Shown here: one piece after another, positions 53,960-63,539 of the stretch | Layout: each line of letters begins with the position of its first letter | Position numbering within the stretch: the stretch's first letter is position 1 | NCBI GenBank assembly: GCA_963843575.1 | Contig: CAWJKZ010000017.1 | Span: 1-64,000 of the forward strand | DNA: 64,000 nucleotides | Direction of reading: 5' to 3' | Source: an uncultured Acidobacteriota bacterium | Lineage (GTDB): Bacteria > Acidobacteriota > UBA6911 | Program-made: the position numbers and the translations under genes | The notes under the pieces: generated by a model | Databases searched by the model: none | What the model was told of the DNA's origin: nothing | Seen by the model: only the letters and a program-made list of their open reading frames with translations

Positions 53960-54718
53960 ATGCGCGATCCGACGGAGAGATTTTCCGACCGGGTGGGTGC
54001 CTATGTGCGGAGTCGTCCCTCGTACCCGCGCGGGATCATCGAACTCCTGCGTTCGGGATGCGGGCTCTGTCCCGCATCCGTGGTCGTCGACGCGGGTTCC
54101 GGGACCGGGATCTTCACCCGGCTGCTGCTCGCGACCGGCTGCACCGTGATTGCCGTGGAGCCGAACGCCGCGATGCGCCAGGAGGCCGAGCGCCTGCTCG
54201 GGCCGGCTTCCGGTTTCCGCAGTGTGGACGGGACCGCGGAGAACACCGCGCTTGGCACGGCCAGTGTCGACATCGTAACCGCGACCCAGGCGTTCCACTG
54301 GTTCGACCGGGAACGAGCGCGGCGCGAATTCAGCCGCATTCTGCGTCCCGGCGGCTGGGTCGCTGTGGCTTGGAACCAGCGCCTGAAGGATGCCGACCCG
54401 TTTCACGCCGGGTACGAGCGGCTCTTGCGAAAGTGGGGCACCGACTACGACCGGGTCGACCACAGCCGCATCGGGGAAGAGGACCTGAAACGGTTTTTCC
54501 TGCCGCACCCCTGCTGGGCCGGGGCATTCGACAACGCCCAGACTCTCGACCGTGATGGATTGAGGGACCGGCTGCTGTCGTCGTCTTTCGCCCCGAACAC
54601 CGGCTCCCCGAACTGCGCGCCCATGCTGGCTGAGCTGGACGCCCTCTTCCGGGAGCACGCGCGGGAGGGGAGTGTGGTGATGCGCTACCGCACCGTCATC
54701 TACTACGGACGGCTTTAG
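53960..54718 (+). CDS. Class I SAM-dependent methyltransferase
   Basis: RPSYP, DAGSGTG, QAFHWFD. Confidence 0.9.
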   Translation: MRDPTERFSDRVGAYVRSRPSYPRGIIELLRSGCGLCPASVVVDAGSGTGIFTRLLLATGCTVIAVEPNAAMRQEAERLLGPASGFRSVDGTAENTALGTASVDIVTATQAFHWFDRERARREFSRILRPGGWVAVAWNQRLKDADPFHAGYERLLRKWGTDYDRVDHSRIGEEDLKRFFLPHPCWAGAFDNAQTLDRDGLRDRLLSSSFAPNTGSPNCAPMLAELDALFREHAREGSVVMRYRTVIYYGRL

Positions 54719-54825
54719 GCAGCCCTCCCGCGGCGGCTTTCGCCGTTCCTGCGCGGTCCGTCTACCAGGGCGATACAAGTGCATGCCCGACCTGGCGTAT
54801 CGGGAGTGAGGGTGCCGCGCCCCCT

Positions 54826-54896
54826 CTTTGAGAATCTTCGAGCCCCTTGGAGGTCGAAAACAAAGACTCGAAGGTCTCCAGGAATCTCGAGGCGCT
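54826..54896. repeat. Family B degenerate palindrome
   Basis: CTTTGAGAATCTTCGAGCCCCTTGGAGG ... CTCGAAGGTCTCCAGGAATCTCGAGG. Confidence 0.6.
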
Positions 54897-54939
54897 CCGG
54901 CAAATCCAGGGTGCCTTCAGGCGTACGTCCGTTCCAACC

Positions 54940-55284
54940 TCACCACCGGCGCCGGTCATTCCGGAAGCGGTCGCGGCCGCGGTAGCCGGAATCGTAGCCC
55001 TGCCGATACCCGGCGCTGTATCCCCGGTTGAAGTCCCCGGGACGACCGTAGCGCCCGTCGTAAAACGAGTCGCGCCGGGTAAAGCCCCTGAACCTCGGGT
55101 TGTAACGCAAACCTGCACGGTAATCGCGGTTGCCCTGCCGCAAACCGTCCCGGTAGCCATCCTCGTAGCCCGCACTGTAAGCGGGGTTCCGGTTTCCATC
55201 CCTCGGGTATCGCTCGCGAAACTGTGCCGCCGCAGGAAGGGCGGCGAGAAGCACGAGCATCACAGCCTTCGCCGTGGCCTGCAT
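54940..55284 (-). CDS. Small secreted Gly/Tyr/Arg-rich protein
   Basis: Signal peptide; GYxxGY repeats. Confidence 0.7.
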   Translation of the reverse strand: MQATAKAVMLVLLAALPAAAQFRERYPRDGNRNPAYSAGYEDGYRDGLRQGNRDYRAGLRYNPRFRGFTRRDSFYDGRYGRPGDFNRGYSAGYRQGYDSGYRGRDRFRNDRRRW

Positions 55285-55383
55285 AACGCCCTCCGTGATT
55301 TGAGTCCTGATAGTTGGAGTTTCGCGGGCGTCACATGGTTCAATCGCTCGTGCTGCGCCCGGAAACGGCGCGGCACGGCCGGG

Positions 55384-55869
55384 TCAACGGAAGGCCAGGC
55401 CGACGCGGAAGAGATAGGTGTGCGGGCTGTCGCTGGAGAAGATGAAATCGCGGAACTCCACGCGCAACGCGACCCGCTCCCGCAGCCAGTACTGGATTCC
55501 GCCGCCGAAGCTGCCGCCCCCCGCACTGCCCCGGGCGCGAAATGCGACGGCGCCCCCTCCGACCGCAAACGGCACCAGCCGGCGGCCCGCGTCGCGCCCA
55601 CCGAAGTGGTAGGAGACGTCTGCCGAAGCCAGTCCCACGCCGTTGCCGCCGGAGTGCGCAAGATACCCCAGCTCGCCTCCGAGACCCAAACCGCGGCCCG
55701 CCAGCAACGTGCCGCCCCCTCCAAGATTGAAGGCAGCCGGTCCACCGTCCGAGAGAAAGCCCGCGCCTGTGAAAGCATAGACCCAACCGTGACGGTCCCC
55801 TGCAGACTGCGCGCCGGACCAGGCGGGAAGAGTCAGGACAGCAAGAACAGCGAGCGCGGTTTTGCGCAT
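55384..55869 (-). CDS. Small outer-membrane beta-barrel protein
   Basis: Signal peptide; PFAVGG, NxGGG-like turns, LRVEFRD, terminal FR. Confidence 0.75.
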   Translation of the reverse strand: MRKTALAVLAVLTLPAWSGAQSAGDRHGWVYAFTGAGFLSDGGPAAFNLGGGGTLLAGRGLGLGGELGYLAHSGGNGVGLASADVSYHFGGRDAGRRLVPFAVGGGAVAFRARGSAGGGSFGGGIQYWLRERVALRVEFRDFIFSSDSPHTYLFRVGLAFR

Positions 55870-55892
55870 GGCGTCACCTCCGGGCATACCTC

Positions 55893-55908
55893 AGCAACAC
55901 GCGTGCCA
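55893..55908 (-). promoter_or_regulatory. Sigma-54 promoter
   Basis: TGGCACGCGTGTTGCT, near-consensus -24/-12, 24 nt before ATG 55869. Confidence 0.72.
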
Positions 55909-56077
55909 GAGGGTAAACGCAGCACCGCAGCGCCTGTGGCGAACGGTCGCGGGATCCGTGGAGCAAGAATGTCCACCGGGTGCCGAAGTTCTTGTCGGTG
56001 GGCCCGAAGTTCAAATATCCAGGACGCGGATTGGCGCGGACGCACGCGGATGTCGAACCGGAGGCAGGCCGCGTTGA

Positions 56078-56767
56078 CTAGTGGCCAGCTCCATCCCAGG
56101 TCTTGGCTTCTGTCGCACCACCGCGCGTCACGCGGCGCCGATCAACCCAATAGGCCCAGATGACGAAAAGCCACGCCCCATTCCCGACGAGCGCAAGGAC
56201 CTGCGTGTCCGGGGGTGGCGCGCCACGCGCGTTGAGGGCGTAGATCACGGCGAGGACGCCCACCAGGCTCCAGAATCCGTAAGTGCCCGCCCGGTCCTTC
56301 CCCCGTGTCGCCCCGGCATACAGGGCAACGCCTGCGACGAAGAGCGCCGACTCGACGAGCAGCGTTCCCGGGATCGAGTTCCACAGCCCGAGCCCGAGCC
56401 TCGGGCCGCCGGGCCACAACGGCAGGTCGGGCCGGTGCGTCAGGTAATCAAGGACCCAGTGGCTGAATACGCACAGCGTGACGACCTGCGCCCCGCGCCC
56501 GTAGCGTCGAAGACAATAATAAAGGGCGCCGAACAGCACCGCCCAGGCCATCGCCCCTACCAGGCTGTGCGAGATCGGGTAGTCATAGAAATCGAGGGGC
56601 GTGAACGAGGTGTTTCCCGGGTCGATCCTGACATGCTCCACGCCCGCAACCAGCAGGACGGGCCAGAGCAGATCGACGAACTGGGCCGCCAGCATCAGTG
56701 TGCCGAGCGAGGCTCGCGGCGCGGTCTTTTTGGCCGCGAGCGCCACCGCGTAGTGTCCGAGGAACAT
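56078..56767 (-). CDS. Membrane metal-dependent hydrolase family protein
   Basis: MFLGHY, DLLWP, SHSL, SHWVLD..HRPDLP. Confidence 0.82.
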   Translation of the reverse strand: MFLGHYAVALAAKKTAPRASLGTLMLAAQFVDLLWPVLLVAGVEHVRIDPGNTSFTPLDFYDYPISHSLVGAMAWAVLFGALYYCLRRYGRGAQVVTLCVFSHWVLDYLTHRPDLPLWPGGPRLGLGLWNSIPGTLLVESALFVAGVALYAGATRGKDRAGTYGFWSLVGVLAVIYALNARGAPPPDTQVLALVGNGAWLFVIWAYWVDRRRVTRGGATEAKTWDGAGH

Positions 56768-56884
56768 GGCCAGACGTCATATCACAGCTCACCGCCCGAT
56801 GTACATCGCTGCAGGGCTTCCTTGCAGCATCCCGCGATTCGGTGTGGCGCCGAGGCGCCAGGCATTCCGGCCGTCGGACATAAA

Positions 56885-56922
56885 CAAAAGCGGCGCCGAG
56901 GCTGCCGAGGCGCCGCACTCCA
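56885..56922 (-). repeat. GGAGTGCGGC-type palindrome, family E
   Basis: TGGAGTGCGGCGCCTCGGCAGCCTCGGCGCCGCTTTTG; similar at 61321-61356(+). Confidence 0.6.
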
Positions 56923-57016
56923 GATTGGCGCAGTCGTCCAGGCGCCAATCGTTTAACAGTTAATCGTTGGAGAGCCCTGGAAGCCCGGGTAATATTTAGT
57001 TCGAGGATCGCTCGGG

Positions 57017-59287
57017 GTGGTTCTGCCGGACAAAATTGGTCACTACAGGATTGTGCGCAAGCTCGGGGAGGGCGGCATGGGTGTGGTCTATGCTGCCGAG
57101 GACGAGAATCTCGGCCGCTCGGTCGCCCTGAAGATGATCCAGCGGGCACGCGGCAACGAGTTGGCCCGGCGGCGCTTCTGGCGCGAGGCGCGGGCTGCCG
57201 CAAGGGTAAGCCACCCGAACATTTGCCACATCTACGATGTCGGGGAGCACGACGGCGAACTCTTCCTCGCAATGGAGTTCCTGCAGGGTGAGTCGCTCGG
57301 TTCGGTGATCGCCAGATCGCCGCTCCCGGTCTCCGAGGCGTTGCGCTTGATGGTGCAGATCCTGGAGGCGCTCGAGGCCATCCACGCCTGCGGCCTGGTG
57401 CACCGCGACCTGAAGCCCTCCAACATCTTCATCACGCCGACCGGCCCGAAGATACTGGATTTCGGCCTGGCCCGCATCGACGAGCCGGGCGTGGAGCTGA
57501 CCAAGACGGAGCTTACACTGCCGGGGGTCATGCTTGGCACCCCGCAATACATGGCGCCGGAGCGGCTCAAGGGGGCCCCGGCGGACGCCCGGGCCGACAT
57601 CTTCGCCGCAGGGGCCGTCCTGTTCGAGGTGCTCACCGGGAAGCCCGCGTTCGGCGAGGGGAGCGTAATGGAGGTCCTGCACGCCGTAATGTATGAGCGG
57701 CCCGCGGTGCTGGGGGGCTCCCCCGCGATCGCGGCCGCGGACCGCATCATCCACCGAGCGTTGAGCAGAAATCCCGAAGACCGCTATGCCAGCGCGCGCG
57801 CCATGGCCGACGACGTGCGCCAGGCCCTGCAGCTCACGGACGCCGCGGAAACGGTGCGGGCGCGCCCCATGAGCCGGCTCATTGTGCTCCCCTTCCGCAT
57901 ACTGCGCTCGGATCCGGAGACCGATTTTCTCGCCTTCAGCCTGGCCGATGCCGTCACGAGCTCGCTGTCCGGGCTGGAGTCCCTCATCGTGCGCTCGAGC
58001 GTGTCGGCTTCACGCTACTCGGCCGAGACCCCCGACCTGGATGCGCTGGCCCAGCGCGCCGACGTGGATATCGTGCTGACGGGCACCTTGCTCCGTTCCG
58101 GCAGCCAGGTGCGCGTCAACGCCCAGCTGGTCGAGGCGCCCGGGGGAGCCGTCCTCTGGTCGATGACGTCTCAGGTCGAGCTGGGTGACGTCTTCCAGCT
58201 GCAGGATACCCTCACCCAGCGCATCGTGGACTCGCTCGCCGTCCCGCTGTCGGCCCGGGATCAGCGCATGCTCCGCAGCGACGTGCCCGGGACGGCCAAG
58301 GCGTACGAGTTTTACCTCCGGGCCAACCAGCTGGGGTACGAGCCGAAAAACTGGTCCCTGGCGCGCGACCTGTACCTCCGGTGCCTGGAGGAGGATCCGG
58401 GCTACGCACCGGCCTGGGCCCGGCTCGGACGCATCTATCGCGTGCTGGGCATGTATTCGGACGCCGATTCCGCCGAATGCTACCGACAATCGGATGCTGC
58501 CTTCAAACGGGCCTTGTCGTTGAATCCCGACCTGCCGCTTGCCCACAACCTCTACACCAATCTCGAGGTGGAGCTGGGCAACGCGCGCGAGGCGATGCTC
58601 CGGCTGCTCAAACGGGCACAGACCCACTCCGGCGACGCGGAGCTCTTCGCGGGGCTCGTGCAGGCCTGCCGCTACTGTGGGCTCCTGAAGGCGTCGGTCG
58701 CAGCCTACGAGCGCGCCCGGCGGCTGGATCCGGAGATTCGCACCAGCATCAACCACGCTTACCTGATGCTGGGGGAATACACTCGGTCGATCGAAAGCAA
58801 CGTGGAGGATCCTCCGACCCTCGATTCACTCGCACTCTGGCTGATGGGGCGGCGCGCCGACGCCGTCGCGCTACTGCGCAAGATCGAAGCGGGCACGCTC
58901 ACCCCGGGACACCGCCTGTTTGTCGTCGCCACCCGCGCGCTGCTCGAGGGCAACCGCACCCTGTGCTCCGAAGCCACGGCGCGCCTGCTCGAGGGATGGC
59001 GGCCGCGCGACCCCTGCCCGCTTTTCTACATGGCTCGGCACCTCTCGTTCCTGGGGGACCGGGAACGCGCCCTGACCGTTCTCGAGCAAGCGGTGGAGGG
59101 GGGGTTCTACCCCTATCGTTTTCTCTCCCGTGATCCATGGCTGGATACGCTGCGCGGCGAGACCCGGTTCGTGGCCATCGTGCGGCGGGCCGAGGCCCGC
59201 TACCGTGAGGCCCTGCACGCCTTCGCCCAGGCGGGCGGGGACAGGGTGCTCGGGCTCGGCAAGGCCGTTGAAGCCCTGTCGTCCTGA
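57017..59287 (+). CDS. Hanks-type Ser/Thr kinase with TolB-like and TPR domains
   Basis: GEGGMG, VALK, HRDLKPSN, DFGLA, YMAPE; IVLPF. Confidence 0.93.
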   Translation: MVLPDKIGHYRIVRKLGEGGMGVVYAAEDENLGRSVALKMIQRARGNELARRRFWREARAAARVSHPNICHIYDVGEHDGELFLAMEFLQGESLGSVIARSPLPVSEALRLMVQILEALEAIHACGLVHRDLKPSNIFITPTGPKILDFGLARIDEPGVELTKTELTLPGVMLGTPQYMAPERLKGAPADARADIFAAGAVLFEVLTGKPAFGEGSVMEVLHAVMYERPAVLGGSPAIAAADRIIHRALSRNPEDRYASARAMADDVRQALQLTDAAETVRARPMSRLIVLPFRILRSDPETDFLAFSLADAVTSSLSGLESLIVRSSVSASRYSAETPDLDALAQRADVDIVLTGTLLRSGSQVRVNAQLVEAPGGAVLWSMTSQVELGDVFQLQDTLTQRIVDSLAVPLSARDQRMLRSDVPGTAKAYEFYLRANQLGYEPKNWSLARDLYLRCLEEDPGYAPAWARLGRIYRVLGMYSDADSAECYRQSDAAFKRALSLNPDLPLAHNLYTNLEVELGNAREAMLRLLKRAQTHSGDAELFAGLVQACRYCGLLKASVAAYERARRLDPEIRTSINHAYLMLGEYTRSIESNVEDPPTLDSLALWLMGRRADAVALLRKIEAGTLTPGHRLFVVATRALLEGNRTLCSEATARLLEGWRPRDPCPLFYMARHLSFLGDRERALTVLEQAVEGGFYPYRFLSRDPWLDTLRGETRFVAIVRRAEARYREALHAFAQAGGDRVLGLGKAVEALSS

Positions 59288-59293
59288 GTCCTG

Positions 59294-59320
59294 GTGGGCC
59301 GCGGCGGCTCGACGCGGCCC
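59294..59320 (+). repeat. REP-like palindrome, family A
   Basis: Identical to copy at 18152. Confidence 0.8.
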
Positions 59321-59333
59321 AGAATCATCCTTA

Positions 59334-59490
59334 GTACCCGATTTCATAAACGCGCCAACGTATTCTCGGGATGGAGCTGTTCCCGAACAACACAGCAGGA
59401 CGCGGATTTCCGCTGATTTATCGGATCCACGCAGATCGGCCGCGCGCGACCGGCGGATTCACGGGAAGGTTCATAGATGAACGATGTATA
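59334..59490. mobile_element. Second, decayed copy of the GTAC-ended MITE family
   Basis: CTTA|GTACCCGATTTCATAAACGCGCCAACGTAT; internal CAGGACGCGGAT; right end uncertain. Confidence 0.6.
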
Positions 59491-59607
59491 GCGGGTCGAC
59501 CGGGCCGTCGTGCGGGGCGGTCCTGATGCCGGGTCCCGGTGTGCGCCGGTGCCATTTGTCCATCGACGTGATCCGGCCGACAACGAATCCTGTTATGCTA
59601 ACGGGCC

Positions 59608-60063
59608 ATGAACCAACTCGACATCTGCCCGGCCGACGACGAGGACAGGGAATGGGTGGCGGCGCTGCTCGCCGGATCGGAACCGTGGAAAACCCTGGGA
59701 GCGACGATCGACAAGTGCCGCGCCAGCTGCCACGATCCTGAGTACCTGGTCTATGTGGCGCGCAGCGACGGGCGGCGGTGCGGGGGCATGGTAATTCATC
59801 CCCGCGGGCTGGCGAGCTCCCCATACGTAAAATCCGTGGCAATCGCCGAAGGCTCTCGCAGCCGGGGTTTTGGAGCCCAGCTGCTGGATTTCGCTGAGAA
59901 CCTGTTCCGCGGGAAATCGCGGCACATCTTTCTGTGCGTTTCGTCCTTCAACACGCGCGCGAGGGCGTTTTACGAACGCCGCGGCTACTTTGCCGTTGGC
60001 GAGCTCGCGGACTACATCATCGAGGGCGCCTCGGAAACGATCCTGTGCAAGAGACTGGGATGA
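59608..60063 (+). CDS. GNAT N-acetyltransferase
   Basis: RSRGFG, FN.RARAFYERRGY. Confidence 0.88.
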   Translation: MNQLDICPADDEDREWVAALLAGSEPWKTLGATIDKCRASCHDPEYLVYVARSDGRRCGGMVIHPRGLASSPYVKSVAIAEGSRSRGFGAQLLDFAENLFRGKSRHIFLCVSSFNTRARAFYERRGYFAVGELADYIIEGASETILCKRLG

Positions 60064-61310
60064 TCCGCGAGCCGGGCCCGCGCGGGATCGTCGCGCTCCT
60101 CTGCGCCACCGCCACCGCGGGCTACGTCTGCCGCGTCAACGTGTCGACGGCGGGCGCTCTGATGATGACGGAGTTCGGCCTGGATCAGCCCGCCATGGGT
60201 CGGATTTTCAGCGCGTTCCTGCTCGGGTACGCGCTCTGCCAGATCCCGGGAGGCGCGGCAGCGGACCGCTGGGGGGCCCGCAAGACCCTCCGGGTAGCCG
60301 CCTGGCTGTGGGCCGCGATCACCGTCGCACACATCCTCGTCGGCTGGGGACCCTTTGCCACGGCGGCCGTGTCGGCGTCCGGCGCCCTGATGGCCGCCCG
60401 GTTCGTCCTTGGCGTTTCGGCGGCACCGACCTACCCGGCGTCGGCACAGGGGGTGGCGCGCTGGGTCCTGCCGTCACACCAGGGCCGGGCCAGCGGCGTC
60501 GTGATCGCATCGGTGGGGCTGGGCTCGGCGCTCGCGTCGCCGCTCGTTTCGAGCGTCATGGTCCGCTGGGGCTGGCGCACCGCCATCGCCGTTTCGGCAC
60601 TCCCCGCCCTGCTGGCCGCCGTCGTCTGGCTGCGGGTCCGCGAACCGCGTCCGGTTGCCCTCCAGGGAGCACCGCAGCCTGCCCAGGGAGTTCCGCCTCC
60701 GGCGCGGCGCGGTTCTTACTGGAACCGTAGCTTTGCCTTGCTGACCCTGAGCTACTCGCTTCAGGGGTATGTCGGCTACATTTTCGTATCCTGGTTCTAT
60801 CTCTACCTGGTCCAGGAGCGGGGCTTCGGCATGCTCGCGGGTGCATGGGTCAACAGCGTGTCCTGGCTGCTGTCGATAATCTCGATTCCAGCCGGAGGGA
60901 TGATATCGGACCGGCTGGCTGCGGGCGCCCTGGGATCGACCTGGGGCCGGCGCCTGGTGCCGGTTGCGGGGATGGCCGTTTCCGGGATCCTGATTTCGAT
61001 CGGCGCCCACACGAGCAGCCCGGCGCTTGCGGCCGTGACCCTCGCGCTGGCAACCGCCGCAGTGCTCTCGGTCGAAGGTCCGTTCTGGGCCATGATGATG
61101 AGGATTGCCGGGCCCGCCAGCGGGACGGCGGGGGGCGTCATGAACATGGGATGCAACCTCGGGGGCCTGATATCCCCGGTGTTGACCCCGGTACTCGCCT
61201 CCTGGATCGGCTGGGAGAATGCGCTTCATGTTGCCGCCGGCCTCGCACTCGTCGCGGCTGCGCTCTGGCTGGGCATTTCCCCGGACGCCCGCGCCGATTC
61301 CCACACCTAA
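60060..61310 (+). CDS. MFS transporter (ACS-like)
   Basis: QIPGG..ADRWGAR, about 12 TM segments. Confidence 0.9.
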   Translation: MIREPGPRGIVALLCATATAGYVCRVNVSTAGALMMTEFGLDQPAMGRIFSAFLLGYALCQIPGGAAADRWGARKTLRVAAWLWAAITVAHILVGWGPFATAAVSASGALMAARFVLGVSAAPTYPASAQGVARWVLPSHQGRASGVVIASVGLGSALASPLVSSVMVRWGWRTAIAVSALPALLAAVVWLRVREPRPVALQGAPQPAQGVPPPARRGSYWNRSFALLTLSYSLQGYVGYIFVSWFYLYLVQERGFGMLAGAWVNSVSWLLSIISIPAGGMISDRLAAGALGSTWGRRLVPVAGMAVSGILISIGAHTSSPALAAVTLALATAAVLSVEGPFWAMMMRIAGPASGTAGGVMNMGCNLGGLISPVLTPVLASWIGWENALHVAAGLALVAAALWLGISPDARADSHT

Positions 61311-61415
61311 CGGGGGCCTCTTTGGAGTGCGGCGGCTCGACCGGCTCGGCGCCGCGGTACGCCGACATCCCCGATTTCGTCTGCCGGGCGTCACAACCAT
61401 TCTATCGAAGGTTTC

Positions 61416-61480
61416 CAGGACGCGGATTATCGCGGTTTCACGCGGATATCAGTGAATCGTCCGCGGAGATCCGCGTTCTG
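61416..61480. repeat. CAGGACGCGGAT palindrome (MITE-related)
   Basis: CAGGACGCGGAT ... ATCCGCGTTCTG with internal CGCGG repeats at ~10-nt spacing. Confidence 0.65.
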
Positions 61481-61679
61481 ACGCGCCCTCGTCGATTGTG
61501 GAACCTGCGAAAAGTACGGCGACCAGGTCGCCCTTTGGTTCCGACGCCTGAACAGCGGAAAGCGTAATTTGCGTTGGCGGCATGAGTTCGGCTAGAATCC
61601 GGCGGAATCAGGAGCTCCGAAAACCGGTCCAAACAATCGTCGCCCGGGAAAAGTCGCATCCCGGCCAGAAACGGAAAAT

Positions 61680-62780
61680 ATGAGCAACACTGTTCAGCTG
61701 AATCAGGAGCAGAACCGGATTCTCTCGATCGACTTCTTCCGCGGGTTCACCATGTTCATGCTGGTAACGGGAATTGCCAGCCTGTTCAGAGGACTCGTTG
61801 CGCAAGGTCAGGGCGGAACTATTATCACTTTTATCGATCAACAACTGGAACATGCCCCATGGAGCGGACTGAATGCATGGGACCTTATCCAACCGTTCTT
61901 CATGTTCATAGTTGGTGTCGCCATGCCGTTTTCGCTGGCAAAACGGCTGGCGCGAGGGGATAGCTGGAAAAAAGCATTTACTCATGCGTTGACCCGTTCG
62001 TTCTGGCTGCTTGTGCTCGGTTTCATGCTGGGTGCCGGCGAGAAGTCCTATGATCTGACCAATGTCCTGGCTCAGTTAGCGGTAACGTATCTCATTGCCT
62101 TTCTGCTGCTGCAAGCGGATGTCAAATGGCAGCTACTGGTCTCCTTTGCCATGATTCTTTTGAACGACCTCCTTTATCGATACTGGAACGTACCGGGATA
62201 CAATCAGCCGTTTACCCCTGATCATAACTTCGGCACCTGGGTCGACCTGACCATGACCGGCTATCTGAATTCCGATCACTGGGTCTCATTTAACGCCATT
62301 CCGACGACCGCTCACACTATCTGGGGTGTCGTTGTCGGCAATTTACTTTTGAAGGATTGGCCTCAAAGAAAAAAGATATTCAGCCTGCTTATAACCGGCT
62401 TGATCGGCGTCATCGTCGGATATTCCATGAACCCGTTCATCCCGATAATCAAGAGGATCTGCACCAGCTCTTTCATCATAGTGAGCGGAGGGTGGTGTCT
62501 GATCGCCATGGCATTTTCGTATTGGCTGATCGATGTGGTGAAATTCCGGAAGGTCGGACTGTTCTTTGCCATCGTCGGCATGAATCCTATTTTCATCTAC
62601 CTCTTTTCCAATCTGGGCGGAAAGAGGCTGCTTGCCCGCATGGTCCGACCGTTTACTTCGAGGCTTTTCTCCTGGAGCGGCGAGATCGCCATCAACATGA
62701 TCACCATAGTCATCGTGACCGCTTTCGTCTGGTACATATGCTATTTCCTCTATAAGCGAAAGATATTCATCAAGATTTAG
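61680..62780 (+). CDS. DUF5009 / heparan-alpha-glucosaminide N-acetyltransferase-like membrane protein
   Basis: SIDFFRG, DLIQPFFMFIVG, IIKRICTSSF, GMNPI; visibly lower GC. Confidence 0.88.
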   Translation: MSNTVQLNQEQNRILSIDFFRGFTMFMLVTGIASLFRGLVAQGQGGTIITFIDQQLEHAPWSGLNAWDLIQPFFMFIVGVAMPFSLAKRLARGDSWKKAFTHALTRSFWLLVLGFMLGAGEKSYDLTNVLAQLAVTYLIAFLLLQADVKWQLLVSFAMILLNDLLYRYWNVPGYNQPFTPDHNFGTWVDLTMTGYLNSDHWVSFNAIPTTAHTIWGVVVGNLLLKDWPQRKKIFSLLITGLIGVIVGYSMNPFIPIIKRICTSSFIIVSGGWCLIAMAFSYWLIDVVKFRKVGLFFAIVGMNPIFIYLFSNLGGKRLLARMVRPFTSRLFSWSGEIAINMITIVIVTAFVWYICYFLYKRKIFIKI

Positions 62781-62828
62781 CAGCCGGCCAAATGGAGGCG
62801 GGCTAGCGGCCGAGCTGGTTACGGGGTA

Positions 62829-62876
62829 GTCCTTCCGTGTCCTTCCGCTTTTCTTCCGTGTTTTCCGTGACTGGTC
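62829..62876 (-). repeat. Periodic CACGGAA-type repeat, family D
   Basis: Reverse complement GACCAGTCACGGAAAACACGGAAGAAAAGCGGAAGGACACGGAAGG. Confidence 0.7.
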
Positions 62877-62898
62877 TTTTGGCGGGGCCGCCTGCAGG

Positions 62899-63420
62899 TC
62901 AATTCCCTTTTCCGAGCAAGCGCCGCATCGTTGCCGTGATGACGCCCTCGACTCCGGGTGCGACAAGGGATGCATCGGGACCCGCTTCGTAACCTCCCTG
63001 CTCGTAGGCAATATCGGTACAGATGTAGCCGGGGGCGTAATCACCGTAAGCGGCCATCGCAACGAAAAGGTCAGGCCGCATCTTCTGAGCTGCGAGTTGG
63101 TACTCGACGAACAGCTCTCCGGGCATGTGCAAAACACGAGCGTCGCCCAGCCGCAGCAAAGCGATGTCGACCGTGTCGCCCTTGCGGCAGCGGCGCAGCC
63201 ACGCCAGGTGGTCTGCAGCCGTGGCTCGTGCAAGAACGGGGGCCTTTTCATCCTTCAACTGATCCAGGAGCTTCGATTCGTCGAGGTGAGTCGAGACGGG
63301 CAGCGCTGTCGCTATCGAGTCCCAACCCACGTCGTCGGCTGTGATCGGCTTCTTCCTTGTTGCCCGCCACGCGAGCTCTATCCCCGCAGCGACACGGTCT
63401 GCCAGGATCTGACGATTGGC
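62899..63420 (-). pseudogene. C-terminal fragment of conserved hypothetical (neutral ceramidase-like) protein
   Basis: HMPGELFVEYQL, AAYGDYAPGYI, GGYE; no plausible N-terminus. Confidence 0.6.
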
Positions 63421-63539
63421 CGCGTCGGACGGCTTCCGGGCGCGGCGCCAGGCTCTCTCGTGGAGGACTTGCGTTTCGTCTCAGTCGATCTGCCAACCAG
63501 GACTTTTTCCTCATGCTCGCAAAGTAGGCCCCCCGCCGG

